NCBI GenBank assembly: GCA_965198005.1
Contig: CBDAOI010000004.1
Span: 576,001 to 640,000 of the forward strand
Direction: 5' to 3'
Origin: Spirochaetia bacterium
GTDB lineage: Bacteria; Spirochaetota; Spirochaetia; SZUA-6; Bin103
Length of the DNA: 64,000 bases
Of this stretch, positions 1 to 10,921 are shown in pieces. How positions within the stretch are numbered: the stretch's first letter is position 1; every line of letters begins with the position of its first letter. The notes beneath the pieces were generated by a model that saw nothing but the letters and a program-made list of their open reading frames with translations, was not told where the DNA came from and made no database searches. The position numbers and the translations under genes are program-made.

Positions 1-435
1 CGCTTCGAACGGAATACTTCCCCCACCAGCGGTAGGATCGAGAACCGTCACACTCTCCAACCCATCGCCAAATGTCACTTTCAACCAGTCTGAATCACTC
101 CGCGTCGGAGAGTATCCAAAGGCACGATCGTAGCCGTAGGGGTTGTCGATCCGGCCCCCATCTCGTCGCGCCTTATCCATCGCCGCGCGAGCCTCTACCG
201 GATCCCCGTGGATTCCGAGAACGTGAAGAAATTCCTCCCGGTCGGCGTCAGCCGGCAACACCGACGCGAGTATCGCCGCCCGCGACGCCACCAACGGCCG
301 CCGTGCCCACCACACGTGGAGATAGTAGATCGGAGGTAGAGCCGTCATGGAGCGCCGCTCGCGAATGCTCTCTTCTCCAAGAGCCGCGATCGGCAGCCAG
401 CGCTCAATCAGACGTGTATCAGGCTTGTATCCCAT
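1..435 (-). CDS. DUF1156-family adenine DNA methyltransferase, N-terminal 145 codons (continues beyond window start)
   Basis: Manual translation from ATG at 435: MGYKPDTRLIERWLPIAALGEESIRERR...LHVWWARRPLVASRAAIL...VTVLDPTAGGGSIPFEA. Contains the DUF1156 LHxWWARRPL motif and SAM-binding motif I. Not in the ORF track because there is no stop in the window. Confidence 0.9.
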   Translation of the reverse strand, partial: MGYKPDTRLIERWLPIAALGEESIRERRSMTALPPIYYLHVWWARRPLVASRAAILASVLPADADREEFLHVLGIHGDPVEARAAMDKARRDGGRIDNPYGYDRAFGYSPTRSDSDWLKVTFGDGLESVTVLDPTAGGGSIPFEA

Positions 436-486
436 GTACGAAACAGAGACCCTCCAGGCTCACTCGGATGAGCGAATGTCAATTCG

Positions 487-738
487 CTACGGCAATCGGT
501 CATGGGAATCCGGCGGTTGGCCCCCATCTCGTCGAAGCAGGCGGCGCGCCGCCTCGATGTCACCCTTGGCGCTACGGGCGGCGAAGAACTCGGCAGTCTT
601 CATGGCCGAGATCTTTTCAGCGACTGCCGTCGTAACGAACTGATTGATGCTCGTACCCTCTTCCTCGCTGATCTCGGCTACCGCCGCCTTCAAGGACGCC
701 GGTAGGCGTAGCGGATAGGTGCTAATCTGTTTCTTCAT
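487..738 (-). CDS. Ribbon-helix-helix (HicB-like) antitoxin
   Basis: 83 aa, YPLRLPASLKAAVAEISEEEGTSINQFVTTAVAEK RHH pattern; overlaps the PIN gene by 4 nt. Confidence 0.8.
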   Translation of the reverse strand: MKKQISTYPLRLPASLKAAVAEISEEEGTSINQFVTTAVAEKISAMKTAEFFAARSAKGDIEAARRLLRRDGGQPPDSHDRLP

Positions 739-1160
739 TGTTGCGACATCCTCCTCAAGGCCTGCTGGGACGACAACACTGCAATCCCGAACCGTCCGGC
801 GGCATCGTCGAAGTGCCGATGGTTGAAGGTCACCAGGGCATCGGCACTACCGTTGATGGCGGCCTCCAGCACCATTTCGTCAGCCGGATCGCGAAGCTGC
901 GGACGCCATAGAAACCACGACCGTATCGGCTCCGCGACCGCGCAGAGCGCGGAGATCACCATCTCTACCTCCGCATCGCTGAGACCCGAGACGATCCGCT
1001 GCGACGGGTCTCGGCATACCGCCTCGTATTCCAGCGCCAGCGCCACGGAAAGCAGTAGCGTGAACTCGCGGGCCAGGGCTCCATCAATCAACGCAGCCGA
1101 GCCTCCGGTCGGACTGCGTAGACCGGCAACGACAACATTGGTGTCCAGCACAAAGCGCAC
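735..1160 (-). CDS. PIN-domain toxin (VapC-like)
   Basis: VLDTNVVV N-terminus, RDPADEMVLE and LVTFN acidic PIN motifs. Confidence 0.9.
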   Translation of the reverse strand: MRFVLDTNVVVAGLRSPTGGSAALIDGALAREFTLLLSVALALEYEAVCRDPSQRIVSGLSDAEVEMVISALCAVAEPIRSWFLWRPQLRDPADEMVLEAAINGSADALVTFNHRHFDDAAGRFGIAVLSSQQALRRMSQQ

Positions 1161-1167
1161 ATCCTGA

Positions 1168-1196
1168 ACGATATGACATCACATGAGATGATGCAA
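1168..1196 (-). promoter_or_regulatory. sigma70-type promoter of the TA operon with overlapping operator; probably leaderless mRNA
   Basis: TTGCAT (1196-1191), 17-nt spacer, TATCGT (1173-1168), 7 nt before the GTG start; inverted repeat CATCA-N7-TGATG at 1177-1193. Confidence 0.6.
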
Positions 1197-1334
1197 CGGC
1201 CCCGGGGAACACCTGCGACGCCCTCGTTAGGCGCCGGACGCGGCCTTCCGCGGTGGACGCTCAGCCCCGGCCCGCATACCATGAGCCAAGATGCGCTCCG
1301 ACCCGGAGAGGCACGGGACACGGGGGTAACTGTC

Positions 1335-1430
1335 ATGGCACGGAGCGACCTCCTCGTTTCGTTGGTGAAGGCTGGATTGAATGGTGACGCGACACGCGCC
1401 CGCTCCGTCGCGGAAGCGATCATCGGTGCG
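1335..1430 (+). pseudogene. N-terminal stub of an AAA ATPase (type usually paired with S8 proteases, IetA-like)
   Basis: MARSDLLVSLVKAGLNGDATRARSVAEAII resembles the N-terminus of that family; similarity ends after about 30 codons. Confidence 0.45.
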
Positions 1431-1479
1431 AACGCTGCGGCAAACGCGGCATCGCCGGCGACGATCAGGGGGGACCGAC

Positions 1480-1914
1480 ATGCTGCTTCATAGACTATTG
1501 AATATGCGGGAGGAGCGTCCACGAGGCAGGAATCCGAATTCACCTATCGACTTCAAGGAGGACGCCACACCTTTACCGTGTGCCCACTTGATGGCGGACG
1601 TGATGTCAGCTTCGGAGATGAATGGTCCGTCGGAGACAACGGGCGTGCCGTTGGGCGCCAGATTCCCGCTACTCGGCTATCGGATGGGACCCTCCGCTAT
1701 CTTTGCCTGTTGGCCATTCTGTTGCATCCCGAGCCGCCATCCTTGGTCGCAATCGAGGAGCCGGAGCTGGGCCTTCATCCTGACGTGGTCGCACATGTTG
1801 CGCAGTTGCTTGTTGACGCCTCTGAGCGTACACAGATCGTAGTCACGACCCACTCGCGCATGTAGTCTCGGCGATCTCTGGGGCCGGGGCGAACTCGGCG
1901 GCAATCGCTGGTGA
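1480..1914 (+). pseudogene. ABC-type (AAA_21) ATPase remnant with several internal deletions
   Basis: Start MLLHRL; signature/Walker B/H-loop block LSDGTLRYLCLL...VAIEEPELGLHP...IVVTTHS; C-terminus DLWGRGELGGNRW* in another frame; no Walker A. Confidence 0.75.
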
Positions 1915-2016
1915 GCGCCGTGATCTAGAGGCATGCGCGCGACGGCTGGAACCAGCCGCCGGGAGCCCACGCAGACCAAGTCTCCGTCGTCATGTCAGTA
2001 GTGTCCGGTTCTAAGC

Positions 2017-2821
2017 TTAAACGGACGTGGCGCCGTCGGCACCCAGACGCCCTTCACCACCCCTGAGCCGCGGGTCGAGCAGGTCGCGCACCGCGTCGCC
2101 GAACATGTTGAGACTGTAAACGGTAATAGTCAGGACAAGACCGGGAAGGAGAGCGAGGTGTGGCGCTTGCTCCATGTATCTGCGCCCTTCCCGGCTGAGC
2201 AGACCTCCCCAGTCAGGAGTCGAGAGTGGCAGACCGAATCCGAGGAAGCTCAGAGCAGCCAAAGAGGAACATCCCCAGATTCCCCAGCGGGTCTTCGGTG
2301 AAGGGAATCAGCTTCATCGGCGGCGACCAGTTCCACCAGATTGAGGGGTAGAGCATGACCATGATTCCCAGCCAGAAGTTAGGCGTTGCCAGGCCGATGA
2401 TGGCGATGGAGCGCCCCACGTAGTCGGCGGCCGTATCCTGGCGAATCGCCGAGTAGATGCCGACGGGGAGCGCTATCACCAGCCCGATGACGATGGACAT
2501 GACACCAAGCTCAAGGGTGACTGGCAATCTACCTAATATCTTCTCCTCTACCGTCCAACCGCCAAGCAGTGTGTCGCCAAGGGTCCCGTGCAGTAAGATA
2601 CCTCCCATCCAGCGTCCATACTGCACGTGGACAGGCACGTCTAATCCCAGCATACGCTCAAGAGCTTCACGGTCAAAATTGCCAAACACCCATTGCATTT
2701 CATCCACCATCAAGTCTATTATATCGCCGGGGATGAAGCGCACCGAGAGAAAGACCAGGATGGTCAATAGAAACAGGGTGGGGATTATCAGCAATAACCG
2801 CCTGATGGTATAGGCTCTCAT
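2017..2821 (-). pseudogene. Fused remnant of DppB-like (5' part) and DppC-like (3' part) permeases
   Basis: Matches the 7825-8787 product up to GNLGMFL, then jumps (about 2262) to AALSFLGFGLP...LLDPRLRGG matching the end of the 6918-7823 product. Confidence 0.85.
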
Positions 2822-2912
2822 ATCACAGACGTCCTGTCATTATTCAAGGAATGGAGAGCTAGGATGTTTCAGCTTCCCAGCTCTCCCTGAGGTCAGCCAC
2901 AAGGGCGGAGCC

Positions 2913-4384
2913 CTAATGACCCATTGCTTCCTTCATCTCACTATCAATCCAGAGGCGGGTTAAGACGTTTTGGCTCTGCTGGCCGTGTCCTATTCTTATT
3001 TCGCCGTTATAACCTTTGACCCACGGCTGCGTTGCGGTGAAATGTGGGACTTCGGGACCCCATACCACAGTTTGATGTTCTAGGAGTAACATATTTGCCT
3101 CTTTGGCGAATCTATTCTGCTCCTCGAAGGTGGAAGCAGCAGAGGCGGCCTGAAATAGAGCGTCAAATTCGGGGACGCTAAAGCCGGAGGGGGCCCACGG
3201 GCTATCTATTTCCGTTGTCCATTCTCCCATCATTGGGACAGGATAATACCTGATGGCCATTGCGTATCCTCTCAATCTGTAGGTAGTCTGATCTGGTCCG
3301 GCCGCTTGCAGTCTCATAATATCCATAGAATCTATCGCGATCTCCACGCCAATATCACGCCAGTATTCCGCGGCTATTTCTGCATAGCTCGGATCTTCCC
3401 AGTCACCTTGGGCAATCGAGGTCTTGATTCTAATGCCGTCGGCGCCGCGAGGATACCCAGCCGCATCGAGCAAAGCTTCTGCCCCTTCCGGGTCATAGTC
3501 ATAGACCTTCTTGAGCTCTTCAGGCCACTCCTCAAATGGCGTGCCCATCCCTTTTACATTATTGGCTATACGTCCATTCGGAGTCGCATCGCCATAACCC
3601 TTAAAGAAGGTATTGTTAATTGTCTCTAGGTCCAGTGCCATCTGCATGGCCTGGCGCACCCGGATGTCATTCCAGGGCGGTGTGTTCACATTGACGAAAA
3701 TAAAATTGTTGCCGCCCCGAAACTTAAACGGCCACAGATCGATTTCGGGGTTGGTCTGCTTGAGGCTCTCTACCTGGTCGATAGACGTCAATGCACTGTC
3801 ACCGACCGACCCCAGCATCTCAATCCTACCCGCGCGCAGTGCCGCCAGACGTGTTGCCTCTTCTGGCATCAACAAGGCTATTATCTCGTCAACGTAGGGC
3901 AAGCGGTTCTGCGGGTATTTTTCGTCGTAGCGCCAGTAGTCAGGATTCTTGGTCCACGTTATAGAGCTGCCTTCGACCACGTCCGTCAGCTCAAAGGGCC
4001 CGGTGCCGACTACGTTCCGCCAATCCTTAACGTCCCCGTGTTGCTCGATGACCTCCGGAGGGTATATCACAACACCGTCGGCCCACTGGAGCATATTTAC
4101 CAGGGCATTAAGGTTTAGCTCCTTCAGCTTGATAACCACCGTCCATTTGTCGGTGGCCGTGACCGACTCGAATTTCACCCCCCCGAGCGTACCCGGCCAT
4201 AGGTTATTGTCCCGCCATACTCTGGCGCGGTCACGATCTTGCCGGTGGCCGGGTCGCGCACCATTTCCTTTTCGGGCGCCGCTGCCGGCTCCTCTTCGCT
4301 GGCAGCGCCGGCCCAGAGGCCGGTTGCGGTCAGGGCCAAGCCAATCAGTACGGCGAGGCACTTGCGAAATTTCATATAAACCAT
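2913..4384 (-). pseudogene. Family 5 ABC solute-binding protein, deleted and frameshifted
   Basis: Signal peptide and APEYGGTIT in one frame (4384-4195); body (KFESVTATD...GTGPF) in another; about 130 codons missing relative to paralog 8890-10710. Confidence 0.85.
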
Positions 4385-5543
4385 AAATTCCTTTGCGCGA
4401 GAGTAGGATCTACTGCCGGCCCCTCGCCTACTCTCGCGATATGCCTGCAATCCGCAGGTGATCAGAAAGCGAGGGCGACACCCTTTAGCGGCCGACGCCG
4501 CTCGGTCCCGAGCCGCGTTAGTCGTACGGAGATTTCATCCCTTGCCTCCTTTGACATGGGCATGCCGCAGAACACCACGCGGGGTGGCGGTCGGACACGT
4601 AACCCATCTGTTTCTTACCGCCGGCAGCGTCGCTACGCATGTTGGGATGGACTGGTATCATCTTCACCTCCTTCTTGGGGCACAGGGTGCCCTGCCAGAT
4701 GGCTGACGTAAGATGGGATCCGCGTACGCGCCGCATCATGCAAACGCCCACCGCTCGGCGGACGTCGGGACCTGCGTCACAACGCCACGCGCGGCGGTGG
4801 CCGGCGAAGCAGCGAGGGTGATTGACCGGCGACGCAGGCGGTGGGTTTTGCGCGCAGTTAGTCGCGGGCGGGGATCCGGCACGGTCGCGGTCGCCGACAA
4901 CGGCGTGGGCGGCCCGCATGCCGGTTCGGCTGTGGACGGAGCCGGTGCCACCGATAGCTACGGCGGTAGTGGAGGCGACGGCGTGCGCGGGGGCGCGTGC
5001 GCGGCGATCAGCCGGAGCGGTTAGTTGTTTCTCGGTTCGAAAAAGTGGGGGGGTAGGCGAGGATAGGACGCGCCGGCTGCGTTGCCGCTAACCGGTGGCA
5101 GTGCTGAGTAGTGTTATCACGCATCTTTTGCATCCGTTCAAACCCGAGGCTTTTAGTATGGCACCGCTGCGGCAAACAAGTCAACAGGCAAACAGCAGCG
5201 ATTCTCGGGGAACCGCTGGTAGAGGGGCAGAGGGTCATAAGCTCAAGCCCTCCGAGTGTGAAACGCGACCATGCCCACCTGTTGGCCCACCGAGTGAATG
5301 CACGCACGGCCCGACCCGGCATAAATTCTGTAACTGATGGCAGGTGACGTATTTAGCCACCGTCATGCAGCCCCGTGCGATGACCTGACCACCGTCAGCC
5401 ACCGCCGCTCGGCCGATGCCGCGGGCTGGCGCGGTGCGGCGATCGGCCCTTCGGGGCCGGTTGCCCGCGCGCCGCCGGCACACCTGCGCCGCAGCCCCAG
5501 TCAGGGATCGTTCAGGGAGCAGGTTCAGTTCCCCAGGGAGCGG

Positions 5544-5801
5544 CTACCCGGACAGCGGCTGCGGCGGCGAATTCATCCGCACCAGCACCTGGTCCCACGA
5601 CCGGAACAGGAATAGCCGGAACGTGGCGCGAATCGCGCCCCAGAACTCCCGGCGCGACCCGAACCCAGCCCGCACCTGCTGATACAGACCGTCCACCAGC
5701 TCGAATATCCGGTGCATGAAACAGGCCAGCAGGCCCGGCACGAAGAACGCCTCCGATAAGTACTTGTCACCGTGGCCGAAGTTGTGCTCCAGGTGATAGC
5801 C
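5544..5801 (-). mobile_element. C-terminal fragment of an ISNCY-type DDE transposase
   Basis: GYHLEHNFGHG motif followed by a typical helical C-terminus. Confidence 0.7.
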
Positions 5802-5827
5802 CCTGACGGCCTTCCAAACCCAGGGAG

Positions 5828-6946
5828 GGCGCGGTAGGAACGCCGGTTACCCGGCGCCCCCCGCACAGATCCGGACGTGGTCGTTAAACCATCCGGCTCC
5901 TACCTTCGGTGGTTGACGGCAAATCGCCGGTCCGGCCATGAGTGTACGATTCGGGGTTGGGGCCACAGCTTGATGCTGATCGCCAGCATCCAAGCCCAGG
6001 AGAATCGGTCCTTCTGGGACCTCCGGCGTAGAATCTTTACCCAGATTCCTCGCAGACGCCACACGAATCGGTGCAGGTAGCGGTAGCTGGTGGGTACCGC
6101 GTAGTAGTTGAGCCATCCGCGCAGTACCCGTCCCAGCCAGCGCCCGGTTTCCATCACGTCATCATGCATTCGTCTGCGGAGTTCGATCTTGATCCTCTTC
6201 AGGGTACGATTCATCCGCTTTTCATGTCTCCGCGCGCCTCCTGCGGCCGCCACTTCTTGGTGACCCACAGGTCCAACACGTAGTGCAGATAGATATTCGC
6301 GAGCATCGGTGAAATCACCGACCCTTGCGCTGTACCCCGCCCCGCGTCGATCTGTCGGCCTTCTTCCAGTACCCCAGCGCGCAGCCACTTCTTTATCAGC
6401 CGCAGCACCCGCCGATCTCCAATCCGATGCTCCAGGAATCTGATCAACCAGTCCCGCGAGATCGTGTCGAAGTAGCCGCGAATGTCCGCGTCCAATATCC
6501 AGTTCACTTCGCGCCGTTCGATGGCGTAGGCCAGTGCGTCCAACGCATCGTGTGCCCCTCGCCCCGGTCGAAACCCATAGCTGATCCCGAGAAATTCCTC
6601 CTCATAGATCGGAGTCAGGATCACATCCACCACGGCCTTCCGGACGATCTTGTCCTCCAGCGCGGCCACCCCCAGCGGTCGTGTGCCTCCGTCCGGCTTG
6701 TCGATGTCGACCCGCCGTACCGGGGCCGCTTCGCGCTTCAGCGCGTAATAGGCCACCGCAGCGCTTCCGGCGTCACGTGGTGCAGCAGCGCAGTGAGTTT
6801 CTCCTGCGGTTCTCTCTTTACGAATTGCCGTATCCGCACCCTTGCAGGTGCCAACGCACGGCTCGCGGGGAAACGTGGATTGGCTGCTCCTTCGTTCCGA
6901 GGGACTTTCACCCTCTGTCATATGCCAGTTTGCCTGGCGCTCGCAC
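5828..6946 (-). mobile_element. Group II intron remnant 1 (internally deleted RT/maturase, intact domain V)
   Basis: 5' end GTGCG/GAGCG at 6946-6942; RT blocks RRVDIDKPDGGTRPLG, SYGFRPGR, LDADIRGYFD, QGSVISPMLANIYLH; YADD region missing; domain X LRGWLNYY; DV GAGCCGGATG...CCGGATCTGTGCGGGGGG at 5899-5857 followed by DVI. Confidence 0.9.
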
Positions 6947-7823
6947 CCAGGCGGCCCCCACCACCCCGCAGCCGCGGGTCGAGCAGGTCCCGCACCGCGT
7001 CGCCGAACATGTTCAGGCAGTACACGACAATCGTCAGGCACAGCCCGGGTAAGAGCGCCAGCCGCGGCGCCACCTCCATGTACTTGCGCCCTTCTCTGCT
7101 GAGCATGGCTCCCCAGCTCGGGATCTCCAGTGGCAGACCGAATCCCAGGAAACTCAAGCTGGCCTCGGCAATGATGACGCCCCCGATGTTGATGGAGAAG
7201 ACGATGATGACGACAGGTATGATATTGGGCAGCACATGGCGGATCAGGATGTGGCGCGTGGGCGTGCCCACCGCCTGGGCTGCCAGCAAATAGTCATTCT
7301 CCTTGATGCCCATAACGGCACCCCGGATGACTCTCGAGCCGCCGATGCCCCCGGCGATCCCCAAGACCAGGATGATCTGTGGCAAACCCTGCCCCACCAC
7401 AGACATGATCGTCAACAAGATCAGCAACCCCGGAAAGGCCATCCAGGCATCGACAAAGCGCTGCACCGCCAGGTCCAGTTTCCCGCCAAAGTAGCCGGAC
7501 GGTGCGCCTATCAGCACAGCCACCACGACATTGACCGTAGTCGCTGCCAGGCCGACGAATAGCGAAATTCGGGCACCGTAGATCAGGCGGCTCAGCAGGT
7601 CCCGCCCCAGATGATCGGTGCCCAGGAGATAGCGGCTCGATGAGCTGGTCAGCCGGTCTACCAAATGGACTTCAGCCGGCTCATACGGCGCCACGACACC
7701 GGCGAAAATGCTGACGAAAACCAGTAACAGTACGACCACTCCCCCGAAAGTGCCCAGCGGCTGCTCCTTCACAAGCCTTCGCAGCAACAGGCCCGGGAAA
7801 AACTGTCTCTTTCTCGGGTCCAT
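6918..7823 (-). CDS. Peptide/nickel ABC transporter permease (DppC/OppC-like)
   Basis: LGTDHLGRDLLSRLIYGARISL; EASLSFLGFG; last codons are supplied by intron sequence. Confidence 0.92.
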   Translation of the reverse strand: MDPRKRQFFPGLLLRRLVKEQPLGTFGGVVVLLLVFVSIFAGVVAPYEPAEVHLVDRLTSSSSRYLLGTDHLGRDLLSRLIYGARISLFVGLAATTVNVVVAVLIGAPSGYFGGKLDLAVQRFVDAWMAFPGLLILLTIMSVVGQGLPQIILVLGIAGGIGGSRVIRGAVMGIKENDYLLAAQAVGTPTRHILIRHVLPNIIPVVIIVFSINIGGVIIAEASLSFLGFGLPLEIPSWGAMLSREGRKYMEVAPRLALLPGLCLTIVVYCLNMFGDAVRDLLDPRLRGGGGRLGASARQTGI

Positions 7824-7824
7824 G

Positions 7825-8787
7825 CTATCGATAACGAATCCGGGGATCCAAATAGGAATAAATGATATCGATCAACAGGTTGAACGTGAGCACGGCAGTG
7901 CCAAAAAACAGGTTGATGCCGGAGACTACCGGGTAATCTCTCTCCGTGAGGGCGATCAGCATCAGGCGTCCTAGCCCCGGAAGGTTGAAGATGTTCTCCA
8001 TGATTACGGCGCCGCCTACTATGATAGGTAGCTGCAGGCCTACCAGGGTCACTACCGGAATGAGGGCGTTCTTGACGGCGTGCCTCACCACGACGACACG
8101 CTCCTTGAGACCCTTGGACCAGGCGGTACGGATATAGTCCTGCCGGAGCACTTCCAGCATCATGGTGCGGGTCATACGCATGGTGGCAGCAGACAAGGCC
8201 GTCCCCAGTATCAGGCTGGGAATGATGAAGATGCCGAGATTTCCCAGCGGGTCTTCGACCAGAGGGATATACTCCATCGGCGGCGACCAGCCCCACCAGA
8301 TGGCCGGAAAGATCATCACCATCAGGGCCAGCCAGAAGTTGGGCGTTGCCAAGCCGATGACGGCGAACGAACGCCCCACGTAGTCGGCGGCGGTGTTGCG
8401 GCGCATCGCCGAGTAGATGCCGACCGGCACTGCTATCAGCAACCCCATGACGACGGACAAAACGCCAAGCTCAATAGTCAGCGATAATCTGTCCCAAATA
8501 GCCGCCTCCACCGACCAGTCGCCTAAAAGTGAATTGCCAAGGGTGCCGCGCAGCAGGATACCTCCCATCCAGCGTCCATACTGCACGTACACGGGCTGGT
8601 CCAATCCCAACATCCGCTCGACAGCTTCACGGTCCATACTCGCACCCGCGCCTTGAGCTTCTATCCTACCCGCCATCGCATCTATTACATCACCCGGGAT
8701 GAAACGGACCGACAGGAAGACCAGGATGGTCAAAATCAACAGCGTAGGTATGAGGAGCAATAGTCTCCTGATGACGTAGGCTCTCAT
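7825..8787 (-). CDS. Peptide/nickel ABC transporter permease (DppB/OppB-like)
   Basis: MRAYVIRRLL start; EAA loop QDYIRTAWSKGL; YLDPRIR end. Confidence 0.93.
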   Translation of the reverse strand: MRAYVIRRLLLLIPTLLILTILVFLSVRFIPGDVIDAMAGRIEAQGAGASMDREAVERMLGLDQPVYVQYGRWMGGILLRGTLGNSLLGDWSVEAAIWDRLSLTIELGVLSVVMGLLIAVPVGIYSAMRRNTAADYVGRSFAVIGLATPNFWLALMVMIFPAIWWGWSPPMEYIPLVEDPLGNLGIFIIPSLILGTALSAATMRMTRTMMLEVLRQDYIRTAWSKGLKERVVVVRHAVKNALIPVVTLVGLQLPIIVGGAVIMENIFNLPGLGRLMLIALTERDYPVVSGINLFFGTAVLTFNLLIDIIYSYLDPRIRYR

Positions 8788-8833
8788 TTCGGATGACTGC
8801 TCATCGTTCGACTGGACGCCACAGCTTGTTCGG

Positions 8834-8871
8834 AAAAAAAGTCCCTCTCCCCGCGGGGCGGTGAGAGGGAC
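8834..8871 (-). terminator. Rho-independent terminator between SBP and permease
   Basis: GTCCCTCTC-13nt-GAGAGGGAC followed by T7 on the minus strand. Confidence 0.8.
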
Positions 8872-8889
8872 CAACGCGCTAGATCGTGC

Positions 8890-10710
8890 TCAAAAACCCA
8901 TTTCTTTCTTCAAATCCTGGTCAATCCAGAGGCGGGCGAAAATGGCATACCATTGCAAACCCCCTAGGCCACCTTCCGAGTTGTACCCTTTGACCCACGG
9001 CTGGGTGACATTAAATTGTGGAACCTCAGGACCGGGAACACCCCAGACACTCTTCTTGAAGTACATATCCATCTCCAGAATCGGCTCCCTCTGATCCTCA
9101 AAGGTGGTAGCGGCCTTGGCTCTCTCGAACAACGCGTTAAAGACCGGGTCGTCGGATTTAGCTGGGTTATATTGAAATGCCGGAGTAAATCTCAACATCG
9201 CATCGTATGAATCAGACAACGCACCGAACGCGTAGTGGACTAACCCCTGTTCCCTTTCAGGATCTGCCCACCATGCGTTCCATGCTGCATCAGCTGGCCG
9301 AGGATCGAGCCTCACATCGACGCCAATCTCACTCCAGTAGGCTGCGACCGCTTCTACCCAGCCAACATCCTCGGTGTCACGGAATTTTGCGTTGGTCTTG
9401 AATCGAATGCCGTCGGCGCCGCGCGGATAGCCCGCTTCATCAAGCAGCTTCTCGGCCCCCTCAGGGTTATAGCTATAGGCATCCTTGACCTCCTGAGGCC
9501 ACTCGTCAAACGGGACGTGGAAACCTGGCATCCCTATTTGCCCCCTGGGCGTTGTATCTCCATAACCCTTGAAGTAGGTATTGTTAATGGTTTCGTGGTC
9601 CAGTGCCATGTTCATGGCCTTTCGCACCCGGATGTCGTCAAAGGGCGGCTCACTCACGTTGAAAATAAAACCATTATCCGCCCGTTCCGAATACTCGTTC
9701 AGCACCAGCTCGGGATTGGTTCTCTTGAGACTCTCTGCCACATCGATAGATTTTATCATGGTGCCGGCGCCGTGGTAACCACTGTAATCAATTTTACGGG
9801 AGCGTAGTGCCGCCAGACGGGTTGCTTCCTCCGGCATGAACAGGACCCTGAACTCGTCGACGTACGGCAGGCGGTTCTCCGGGAACTTCTCGTCGTAGCC
9901 CCAGTAGTCAGGATTCTTGGTATAGGTGATAGAGACGCTTTCGACATAGTCAGTCAGCTCAAAGGGTCCGGTGCCGACCAGGTTCCTCCAATCGGAAGCG
10001 TCACCGTCTTCCTTGATTACCTCGGGAGGATACATGACGATAGTATGCCAGTCCAGAATCATGTTCGGGGTACGAAGGTATGGCTCCTTCAGCGTGAAAA
10101 CTACGGTATATTCGTCGGTGGCCGTTATCGACTCGAATGGCACTGTCCCAAGCTCACCTGCTGTTGCGGCAGGTTCGGCTTCACTGAACTCGGTCCCTGT
10201 CAACCTATTTCCCAAGAAGCGGTGAAAGGAATGTTCTACATCCTTGGCAGTTAGCTCCCGCCCGTTCACCGGCGGCTTATCATGCCAGTGAACGCCCTGG
10301 CGGATGTTGAAGGTATAGGTGAGCCTGTCCGGGGACATATCCCAGCTTTCAGCCAGCGCCCCCTTCAGGGCGAATAGAGGCGCCGGGTAGCCACCCCTAA
10401 AGTGAAATTCGTCCCTACTTAGTCCCCAGTCCACGATGCCGAGCTTCTCCACGACGGCACTGCTAACTTGAAACGGCGACCACGCTAAATAAGTGTCAAA
10501 AACCTTCTGATCTCTTCCAGCGGCCTGGGTCAATGTCCCGCCATACTCTGGCGCGGTCACCATCTTGCCGGTGGTGGGGTCGAGCACCATTTCCTTCTCG
10601 GCAGCGGCTACCGGCGCCTCTTCCTCTGCGCCGGCGGCCCAGAGGCCGGTTGCGGTCATTACGAGGACCAACGCAAACGCGAAGGTCATTCTGATTCTTA
10701 CAATATGCAT
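8890..10710 (-). CDS. Family 5 ABC solute-binding protein (DppA/OppA-like)
   Basis: Signal peptide; LAESW, YTFNIRQGVHWHD, GTGPF, FDDIRVRKAM motifs. Confidence 0.95.
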   Translation of the reverse strand: MHIVRIRMTFAFALVLVMTATGLWAAGAEEEAPVAAAEKEMVLDPTTGKMVTAPEYGGTLTQAAGRDQKVFDTYLAWSPFQVSSAVVEKLGIVDWGLSRDEFHFRGGYPAPLFALKGALAESWDMSPDRLTYTFNIRQGVHWHDKPPVNGRELTAKDVEHSFHRFLGNRLTGTEFSEAEPAATAGELGTVPFESITATDEYTVVFTLKEPYLRTPNMILDWHTIVMYPPEVIKEDGDASDWRNLVGTGPFELTDYVESVSITYTKNPDYWGYDEKFPENRLPYVDEFRVLFMPEEATRLAALRSRKIDYSGYHGAGTMIKSIDVAESLKRTNPELVLNEYSERADNGFIFNVSEPPFDDIRVRKAMNMALDHETINNTYFKGYGDTTPRGQIGMPGFHVPFDEWPQEVKDAYSYNPEGAEKLLDEAGYPRGADGIRFKTNAKFRDTEDVGWVEAVAAYWSEIGVDVRLDPRPADAAWNAWWADPEREQGLVHYAFGALSDSYDAMLRFTPAFQYNPAKSDDPVFNALFERAKAATTFEDQREPILEMDMYFKKSVWGVPGPEVPQFNVTQPWVKGYNSEGGLGGLQWYAIFARLWIDQDLKKEMGF

Positions 10711-10921
10711 ACGTTTCTCCGTATGTAGATTTTTCGAGAGTATTGCGGAGCGGATTGCCGCTCCCTGGCTACTCTTATGCCCGCAACCGCGGGCGTGCCC
10801 GCAACCGCGGACGGCCAGTCTGAGTCAAATTCCTGAAGCGCGCGGCGTGTGACTCAGCCGGGTTCACCCGGGCTCACGCCGCGCGCGCCTACGGCTCTTT
10901 GAGTATCATTTTGAACCTCCT

